Shown in pieces: positions 1 through 9,336 of a stretch of DNA of 64,000 nt. Below the pieces are notes generated by a model, which did no database searches, was not told where the DNA came from, and saw only the letters and a program-made list of their open reading frames with translations. This stretch comes from Mobula hypostoma. Lineage: Eukaryota. A program made the position numbers and the translations under genes. The stretch covers positions 10,478,001 to 10,542,000 of the forward strand of contig NC_086103.1 of assembly GCF_963921235.1 (NCBI RefSeq). Direction: 5' to 3'. Numbering within the stretch: position 1 is the first letter of the stretch; every line of letters begins with the position of its first letter.

Positions 1-565
1 GAAGAGCTTGGTCAGACTCCACTTGGAGTATTGTGTTCAGTCCTGGTCACCTCACTACAGGAAGGAGGTGGATACTTTAGATAGAGTGCAGAGGAGATTT
101 ACAAGGTTGTTGCTTGGATTAAAGGGCGTACCTTATGAGAATAGGCTGAGTGTACTTGGCCTTTTCTCCTTGGAGCGACGGAGGATGAAAGGTAAACGGA
201 TGGCTGTGTATAAGATGATGAGGGGCATTGACCGTGCGGATAACCAGAGGCTTTTACCCAGGGCTGAAATTACCAACACCAGGGGGCATACTATTGAGGT
301 ACTTGGAAATAGGTGCCGCCAAGGGACGTCGGGGTAAATGGTTCACATAGAGAGTGGTGGGTGGGTGGATTGCCCTGCCGGCAGCGGTGGTGTAAGCGGA
401 TAAAACAGGGTCTTTTAAGAGCCTCTTAGATAGGTACATTGAGCTTAGAAAAATAGAGGGCTATACGCAAGGAAAGTTCTGGGCAGTTTCTAATGTAGTT
501 TACGTGGCAGCACAATAATGTGGGCCGTAGGGCCTGTAATATGCTGTAAATTTCTATGTTCTATG
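1..565 (+). mobile_element. CR1-type LINE 3' end (decayed ORF2 C-terminus plus tail)
   Basis: ORF 8-337 reads VRLHLEYCVQSWSPHYRK..RVQRRFTR..LGLFSLERRR, the typical CR1 ORF2 C-terminus; ends in a (TTCTATG)n tail at ~551-565. Confidence 0.85.
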
Positions 566-569
566 TGTT

Positions 570-1105
570 ATGTGTGGTGCATCGCAACTGGTATATAAAC
601 ACCAATACTACAAAATTTAGTGGATATGGGCCAGTCCATCCCGGGTAAAACCCTCCCCACCACTGAGCTCATCTACACAGAGTATAGTCACAGGAAGAAA
701 GAATAGGAGCCTCAGGACTTTCATCACCAGGTTCTGCAATAATGAGTACACTTCAAACACCAAGTTCTTGAACCAAGGTGGTTAACTGCACTCAACTTCA
801 CTTGCCCCATCACTGAAATGTGTCCATAACACATGGCCTCACTTTCAAGAACTTTTCACCTCATGTTCTTGATATTTCTTGCTTCCTGATTTATTATTAG
901 TAATTCCTTCTTTTTTCATTAGCACAGTTTATTTTCCTTTGCACATTAGTTCAATGCCCTTTTAGTGTGGTTTTTCATTGATTCTATTATGGTTATTATT
1001 CTATTATTGATTTATTGAGTATGCCCGCAAGTAAATCAACGTCGGTGCTGTATATTGTGATATATATGTACTTTGATTATATATTTACTTTGAACTTTGA
1101 ACTCT
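570..1105 (+). mobile_element. Rex1/Babar-like LINE 3' fragment
   Basis: Degenerate CI..WY segment resembling the 37.6-kb element, AT-rich 3' UTR and (TTTGAAC)n tail at ~1089-1103. Confidence 0.55.
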
Positions 1106-1419
1106 GAACTTATGGCCTTCTAGATCCAACACGTGCACATTGGGAGCTCGCCTATATGGACAAAAATTCCAAAAAAATTTTCATAGTTATTTTAAGTCAC
1201 CATTATTTGGGTTGATTAACAAGCCAGTCAGCTAATGAAAAGGGTCGTAGCAATGTATCAGAGAGAAACAGGCCACTTGCCCATCATCCCTGCAGACCAA
1301 AATGTCTGTTGGAGCTAATCCCCGTTCACTGCATTTGGCCCATATCGCTCTAAACGTTTTCTCTCCATGAATCTGTCTTTTAAACATTAAAATTGTACCA
1401 GCCTTCATGGCGTTAAAAA

Positions 1420-1805
1420 CATAATAACATAAAAAAACTACAACACAATGTTGTGCCGAACATGTACTTACTTTAGAAATTACCCAGAGTGACCCTTAGC
1501 CCTCTATGTTCTAAGCTCCATGTATCTATCCAGGAGTCTCTTAAAAGGCCCTGTTGTATCTACCTCCACCACCATCGCCGGAAGCCCATTCCACGCACTC
1601 ACCACTCTCTGCGTAAAAACACTTACCCCTGACATCTCCTCTGCACCTACTTCCGAGCACCTAAAAACTATATCCCTTCCGTGATAGCCATTTTAGCCCT
1701 GGGAAATAAGCCTCTGACTATCCACACAATCAATGCCTCTCATCATCTTATCCACCTCTATTAGGGCACCTCTCACCCTCCGTCGCTCCAAGAAGAAAGG
1801 CTAAG
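1420..1805 (-). mobile_element. CR1-type LINE 3' end
   Basis: Reverse complement aligns by eye with the CR1 3' end at 180-560. Confidence 0.75.
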
Positions 1806-4087
1806 ATGCCATTCTCCGGCATCCCTTTCGACGTACATGCCGTCCTCTGCGTAAAAGACTCTCCTAGTAACCCTGGTCCCCCAAACCTTGAAACAACTTT
1901 ATTATTCTTATCTGCACCCTGTCTATCATTTTATACGTGGACGACGAGGACTGAAAGCCACACTCCAAGTGTGGTGTCAGCAACAACTTTTACAGTTAAA
2001 TCATTGTGTCCTAATTCTTTTCCGCAACGTACCGACAATTGAAGGCAAGCATGCGAAATACTTTCGTTTTCACACCGGCATTTCGAACGATCTATGTACC
2101 TGTAGCTTCGTGCCAAGTTCTTGGTAGACATGTCATGTTTTTCGGGAATAAGTAATTGAAGCAATTCTGGGAGATTTAGATGAGTGTTCGCCATTGAATT
2201 GATTAGAATAGTCGGGGATAAAATATCTGATCGAAGGGGAACGCATCCACAAAGTTTGAATAAAACAGTGATGGAATACAAAATACAACGAACAGATATG
2301 GTAACCGCGCAGGGATTTCCTGTCACAGGATGAGCAGGCAACTATTTATAATTTTTCTTCCTAAACAGGCATTAAAATTACTTAGTGAACTGCACGCCAC
2401 ATGACGAGATGTTAAAGTGACGGAAGATAATCTCTGCTAAATGATAAATTTGTAAAACACCTAAAGAAGAAACGTAGAAACAAAAGAGAATCAGTGAGGA
2501 TATCCAAATTTAATGTATTCATAGACCAATCCTGTTGAACTAATTGAAAAACAGCAGAAAGTGAAGGCAAGAATATTGAGTCTGGTGCTAATATGTTTGT
2601 TCGTTTCTATTCTTTTGAAATTTCAACAGATCTTGAATAAGGAAACTCTGCGGGATAATGCCAAAAATCGGGGTATGGTGTTTAAATGGATCTGTAGAAG
2701 AGTAGACGAGTATCTGTCCTAAAGATAGATGAGATCAGTTGTGATTAGGTGCAAAATAACAGACCGGCAAAAGATGAAAATAATATTCCAGGATAGATCC
2801 TGTTGCAAACATAACTGCCGATGATTTGCCGGTGATAAATATTTGCAGCTAGATTCGGAAGTACCGCTTAAAATATATAACAATCCATTACGGGCAATAA
2901 ACGCTACTGCTTCCTGTTAGCTAATAGTGACAGGAAAACAATGTGACATAGGCAGAATGCGATGACTTGTACGATTAACAAATGGGTAACAAAACAGGCA
3001 CAAAACAGAGAAATGAACGAAAGGGCATTTTATTTGGATGAGCAGAACAGGATAATACATGAAAATTAACAATATCGACAACGATTTCGAGGAAACTTAA
3101 TCAAAGACAGAAATAAGCAAATCACGAAAACCAATCATTCAGAATAGGCCCTTTATGAAGAATGCAGGCACCCAGACTCCGAGAGCCAACTACAGCAGAA
3201 TGGAATTCAAGAGCAAAGCAGCATCGCCGGAAGTTTAGTTCGGAAATACATTTGAAAACATCGAGGCGACATGGGAGAAAATTAAACAAAACGATATCAT
3301 ATTTCAGGTGAAATTTTACATTAAGAAAAGTCGGAATATCGCTGAACGAATTGGATAAAGATTCTAAGATGATTCAACAGGGTAAATAAGAGGAAAATAT
3401 TTGCATGAGCTACCCCTATGATAAAATAACATGGCCAATGATCAAGGATCTTAAAAAATAACCAAGTATTAATAAATCAGCAAGTAATTCGGGGAAAATG
3501 ATTCCAGTTAAAGTCTGCGGAGCAAGCAGCACAATTCCGTCAAATAGCGTGGTGTAAGCGAAAGCTTGATAAGCATAAGATAAATAATATCTTGCTGCTG
3601 GAGAAGGACGAACAAGATAGAGGGGGGAGGCTCTAAATGTATTACCTGCTTTCGTGTAAATATACCACTGAATATGACGTATCGTGTGAAAGTTAGAAGC
3701 ACATCACAATGATTCTTTGCCTCAAGGAAAAGCTCCTAACTTGTTGTCAAATTAAGCATTAAACTGCAGTGTTTCAATATTATTCTTTCATAAGTAGGCG
3801 CAGCTGTTATATATTAAAAAAGTGCCAAACCCTTACCAGTCAGTGGATTGAATATCATCACGGATTTTCAAACATTAACTGTTAACCATTCAGGATGCGA
3901 TATGGCCTTTCGTCAATCAGTCGGCTAGGCAATCAAAGTTAACCATGGTTACACATTTGGATCAACTTATTGGTACAGTGTATCTGATAAACAACCAAAT
4001 AATGAAAGGCAATAATATTTACCTCCCAAATTTAAGTAAATATTAGGATTTTGTAAAAACCCTCCAGTTTTATAGCAACTTTCTGGT

Positions 4088-6478
4088 TCAGCGCTGACCT
4101 TGAGTGAAGTTTAGGTTGTAGGGTTTCAGGAAAAGAAATTCGCTCTTGGATGATTCGGGTGTCAAACACACCGAGTAATGATAGCTCTCAGGGAAGGATG
4201 CCCTCTGACCAGTTCCAGTGCAATTTGACGAATCTCTTGGTGCATCGCACCGAGTAAAGACTTCCTTCGAATTTCGCGGTCTGGGACAACATATTGGGCA
4301 ACCGAAATCTCGGACGATGCCACCATCTTGCTTACACTTTAATAAAACCAAGAAAACGATGATCAGAAGAAACAAAACCGATGTTGATCCAAAGGTCACA
4401 AGTAAATAAAGATTCACGTCCGAAACAGAACGAGGATTACTATGAAAATCCCTCGTTTCAGACACATTCTCAGTAAAATTGCCCGAAATCGACAAGAAGA
4501 TTGTGGTTGTAGTGGACATGCTCGGCTGTCCGTTGTCCCTCACTAAGATGACAATACTCTGCGATGCAACATCCAGCTCTGAAATACTTCTCGTTGTTCT
4601 GATTTCCCCTGAATTCCGCCCCACACTGAAGAGAGTGAGATCGGTTGCCTGAACAATCTGGTAAGAGAGCCGAGCATTCTGACCAGAATCTGCATCAGTT
4701 GCTATGATTTTGGTGACCAGGTACCCCTGACCCGCTGACTGGGGCAGGACCTCCACGCCTCCCGATCTACTCTGTGCTGACGGTGAAACAATTATAGGAG
4801 CGTTGTCATTTTGATCCAGGATGATCACATTCACCGTAGCGCTGCTGCTAAGCGGGGGCACTCCAGCGTCGCGGGCTTGAACAGAGATCTGAATGCTTTT
4901 GACCTTCTCGTAGTCAAAGGAGCGTAATGCGTAAATTGTACCGTTCATTGAGGCAATGCTGAAATGTGTGGGCATCAGTGAATCCTGCGAAATTTCCTTG
5001 AAGGAATAAGAAATATAGGAGTTCTGGTCCAGATCCGGATCGAACGCAGTAACTGTGAAAATGGAAATACCTGGAGCATTATTCTCCATCACATAGACGG
5101 CGTAGGAAGATTGGGAAAATTGTGGCGTATTGTCATTTACATCAGACACAGATAACTGGATTGTTTGATTTGTTGATAGCGGAGGAAGCCCGGAGTCCCA
5201 GGATGTGACAGGTATCGTATACATCGCGTTGGTTTCCCGATCCAATAGACGAGTGGTGGCCACTTTAAAATGGTCCCTCTGAGAGGACTGAATTTTAAAC
5301 GGAAGTCCCAGTGGAATCGCACAGTGAACTTGTCCGTTTGCTCCTGAATCACGATCCGTTACGTCCAACAGCGCAACCACTGTCCCGGGCAGGGCATCTT
5401 CGCGGACTTTGCCAGACAGGGATATCAGTGTTATCTCCGGGGCATTATCATTCATATCAATCAAATCGATCAAAACTTTGGAATGTCCTGTTAGTGCTGG
5501 TGAACCATTATCCACGGCTTGAACATCAAGTTCGTAACTTTTCTCATCCTCAAAGTCCAGCCGTTCCTGAACTTTCAACTCACCAGTTTCAGGGTCCAGG
5601 CTGAATAATTCGTGCACTCTGTCTGGGAGATTAACGAAAGAGTATTTCAGCTCACCGTTAGTACCTTGGTCCAGATCAACAGCACTGATTTTCGTCACCA
5701 ATGTTCCCAAAGGTGCGTTTTCTTCCAGTTTCGCCGTATATACATCATTATCGAACACAGGTGCATTATCGTTATTGTCTAGTACGCGGATGGTAATTTG
5801 AGTTGTCCCTGACCTCGGAGGCTTACCGCCGTCAACGGCCGTCAATACAAGTTGGATAACTGCTTCTTTTTCACGGTCCAATGATTTCTGTAACAGCAAA
5901 TCTGCATTTGTAACAGTATTCTTTCTGACGTGCATCTTCAAACCAAAATTCTCGTTGGGACTGATTATATACGTATTGACGGTGTTTGATCCCACATCTG
6001 GATCAAGTGCGCTCTCTAGTGGGAAGCGGGTACCCGGTGCAACAGATTCGGCCATTTGCAAGACGATGGTGTTTTCTGGGAATGAGGGCGAATTATCATT
6101 TATATCGAGAATCTCCACTTCCCCGCGGTACATTTCGAGAGGGTTTTCTAGTATTATCTGAAAGGCAAGATTGCAAGTAGGGCTCTGTGCACAAAGCTGT
6201 TCTCTGTCTATCCGACCGCTCACAAACAGGAGACCAGTCTCTAAATTTACCGCTAAGTACCGGCTTCCGTCAGCTGAGACGAAACGACATTTTCGTGCTG
6301 ATAATTCTCTTAAGCCTAGAACTAAAATTTCAGCAATATTCCCTACAGGAGAGCCATATTCCAATTCCTCTGGAATAGAATAGCGAATCAGACCCAGACC
6401 TTGTCTCAGTGCGACAACAAGGAGAATAAAAATCAGCATCAACGGTATCAAGGCGTTGTTGTTCTGCGAATTCGCCAT
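4088..6478 (-). CDS. Clustered protocadherin, variable-exon-type ORF (gene A), 796 aa
   Basis: Signal peptide; mature start LIRYSIPEE; EC1 DREQLC-x5-C; six cadherin repeats with DxNDN, DRE/DFE/DYE and AxDxG Ca-binding motifs; TM LYLLVTFG..VLLKC; cytoplasmic YSVCLTPESSKSEFLFLKP; uninterrupted ORF. Confidence 0.96.
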   Translation of the reverse strand: MANSQNNNALIPLMLIFILLVVALRQGLGLIRYSIPEELEYGSPVGNIAEILVLGLRELSARKCRFVSADGSRYLAVNLETGLLFVSGRIDREQLCAQSPTCNLAFQIILENPLEMYRGEVEILDINDNSPSFPENTIVLQMAESVAPGTRFPLESALDPDVGSNTVNTYIISPNENFGLKMHVRKNTVTNADLLLQKSLDREKEAVIQLVLTAVDGGKPPRSGTTQITIRVLDNNDNAPVFDNDVYTAKLEENAPLGTLVTKISAVDLDQGTNGELKYSFVNLPDRVHELFSLDPETGELKVQERLDFEDEKSYELDVQAVDNGSPALTGHSKVLIDLIDMNDNAPEITLISLSGKVREDALPGTVVALLDVTDRDSGANGQVHCAIPLGLPFKIQSSQRDHFKVATTRLLDRETNAMYTIPVTSWDSGLPPLSTNQTIQLSVSDVNDNTPQFSQSSYAVYVMENNAPGISIFTVTAFDPDLDQNSYISYSFKEISQDSLMPTHFSIASMNGTIYALRSFDYEKVKSIQISVQARDAGVPPLSSSATVNVIILDQNDNAPIIVSPSAQSRSGGVEVLPQSAGQGYLVTKIIATDADSGQNARLSYQIVQATDLTLFSVGRNSGEIRTTRSISELDVASQSIVILVRDNGQPSMSTTTTIFLSISGNFTENVSETRDFHSNPRSVSDVNLYLLVTFGSTSVLFLLIIVFLVLLKCKQDGGIVRDFGCPICCPRPRNSKEVFTRCDAPRDSSNCTGTGQRASFPESYHYSVCLTPESSKSEFLFLKPYNLNFTQGQR

Positions 6479-6609
6479 TGTCTCTGCAATGAATGTCTGT
6501 TATCCTTATTATATCTCTGCGATCGTTTCGGCAGCTGTATCGGTAATAAATCCTTTTGACTGATGTATCTACATACAGATAATGTCCCTTAGAGCTGGTG
6601 TTCCACAAT

Positions 6610-6790
6610 GTCAATGGAAAATCCTTTCCGACACCAGCGAGGAGGGGCAATGGATCGCCCACTGAAAGTGGAATACTATTGGCTGGTGGCGGCGTAAGAG
6701 CCCTGTCAATAACTGCAGAATGCTGTTCTTAAAGCTAGTCTGCATTGGGAATTTAGTGTGCTGCAATTATAATACAGATTGACAGAATCA
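6610..6790 (-). promoter_or_regulatory. Conserved promoter module of gene A
   Basis: Plus-strand CACCAGCGAGGAGGGGCAATGGATC (6632-6656), ATTGG = CCAAT on sense strand (6678), GTCAAT (6705), CTTAAAGCT (6728); ~200 bp upstream of ATG; repeated before all four genes. Confidence 0.75.
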
Positions 6791-9336
6791 TTTGCATTAA
6801 TATTATTCTTGTAGAAAATATTTTAAAATTAGTAATTTAGTGTTTTGATAGTATCAATAATTGGTATTCTAAACGGTCAGTGCCCATATATTCGAGATCG
6901 TTTGATTCCATGATTAACCATTAAGCACCTGTTTGCGAAAAATTCCTTAGATACCTTGACATATAATCATAAACTATTGGCACATGTATAAAACTGATAT
7001 AAATATTTTAAGCTCGTAATCGAGAAAGTTAGCCGCATGATGAAAAATCCACGCTGCCGGATTGTTGAAAGAGGTAATAAAATATTGCAAGAACTCAGCA
7101 GGTCGGGCAGCACATATGGAAAGAAGACTAGTTAAAGTTTCAGCCTCAGAACCTGAAACGTTAGGTATGTTTCTTTCCACAAACGAAGCCTCTGCTGTTG
7201 AATTTTTGTTCAGCAATACTGTTTTTAATTTAAATCCGCAGAGGATAACAAGGGGGAATAAAATGTAATGAAACTGAGAAACAATTGGAAAGGAAAAGAA
7301 CGCAGAGAAAAAAAAACTAAACGCGAAAGCAAAAATATCTATTTAGGGCATTCAGCCTCCAACCGCTGCACACAGTAAGCTCACCTAGCTTGACAAAAAT
7401 TGCAGAATCTTGTTAAAAAAATTGAAGTCACTATTATCTTGGTTTATCTGCAAGGTAGATAGCATATGACAAGAGTCGTACAGTTATACCAGAGACAGTT
7501 ATACTTGACATCGCGTCCTAACAGTGGTAGCCAGTGCATTGACCATTGATGGCAAGTGTGCCAAACGGCTTCCCTTCTTCTTCGCGCTATCTGTCTGTGT
7601 TAGCATTTAAACGGATCTGTGTACCTGAAGCCCGGTACAGTCTTTGTCCACACCGACGTCTCAATATGCTTCTGGAACAAATAAGTGAAACAATTCTGGG
7701 AGAGTTAAAGCCAATGATTTAATGAAAATTAAGGTTAAAATTTCTGATCCAATTCGAATGGATCCACAAAGTTTGGAAAGAAAACAGTTAAATATTACCA
7801 AATATGACGTTTAGATGCGATAATTGCAAAGGTGTTTCCTACCACAATGGGAGCAGACAACTATTTATAACTTTTCTTCCTAAACAGGCATTAATTTTGG
7901 TGGTGAATTACAGATCAGCTATCGTAATGCCAATGTCATGAAAGATAAACTATCCTGAAAGTTGTATTTCTAAGTAATCTAAGTATAACGAAACCATAGG
8001 AAAGTATAACAAAATCATTAACCAAGCATTGTGAATTAATTGAAAATAGCACAAAGTGTAGACAAGGACAATGTGCATGGTGCTACCGTTTCGCTAAGTA
8101 CAAAATTGTAATACATGAAAATTAAGAATATGAATGGGGATTTGTTGGAAACTGACAAAATATACAGATAAGATAATCATTAAGAACTACAGGATATTCT
8201 GTTTATGAAGAAGGCAACCTTCAAGCGCCGCGAGCCAAGAGGAATTAACGAACAAACGCTATAAATTTGATTAGGAAATATATATGAAAACTTCATGGAG
8301 GCATAGAAGAAAATTATACAAAACGATGCCATGTTGCGGGGTAAACTGTAACTCAAGGAAGTATGAGAATGTTGCAGAATAAGGAAGTCAGTGAGCTTGT
8401 TTGATAAAGTTTCTGAGATAATATAGCAGTATAGATCAAGAGAAAAATGTATTCATTATCAACCCGTATGATGAAATAACTTGCTCAAAGATCAGAGATC
8501 TTAACCATCATGAGATATTAATAAATCAACATGTAATTCAAGGAAAATAAATTCAATTAAAGTCTGAGGAACACGACACCGCATTTGGTCCAATAACAAA
8601 TATGTCTAAACGAAAGTTTGATAAAGTACACGTTAAAAAGTACGAATGCTGCTGGAGGCTCATGAAGAATACGGAGGAGAGAAAGTTTTTTGGAGAATAA
8701 AACACGGTATAACAGAATAAATAGCCTTGGGGGTAAATATATAACTGAGCATGAAGTAAGACGCTTCCTATTAAAGCTGGAAGCACCTTATAATGTATCA
8801 TTTCCTTCGGGTAGGGTTTTCGGTTAGTGGTCAGTCCAAGAATTAAACGTTAATATTTCTAATACTGCGGTTTCATGGGGAATCTCGAATGATACAAAAA
8901 AAAATTCAAAAGAGTCTCTGCAAATTTGCCAGTCGTTCCAATGAATAACAAAGAGCAGGGATAAGAAAGTGCGCTTTTTTTTAAATTACCTCTTAATCGC
9001 TCGGGGAGTGAGTATTGTCATTATAATCTATTCCGTGAATGTTTTAGAGACCTGTTTAGCAAGTGGGTGGGGGCTGGGCGGTAGGGTGGTAGGGACAAGA
9101 TCAGTTAAGGAATCGTTTAGCGTGGATCAGCCGGCTAGGTAATTTATGGTACCATGGTTAGTAAACAGATGATTTTATTGATGACTATCGTCTACCCTGC
9201 ATAACACCATCGTGTTTATTACAGCATACTTTAGTGAACAACCAAATCATGACTGATATTTCAAAGGCATTTTACCGCAAAATGAAGTAAATATTATGAT
9301 TTTGTAAAACAGTCGCGTTTACCACATCTTTGTGCA

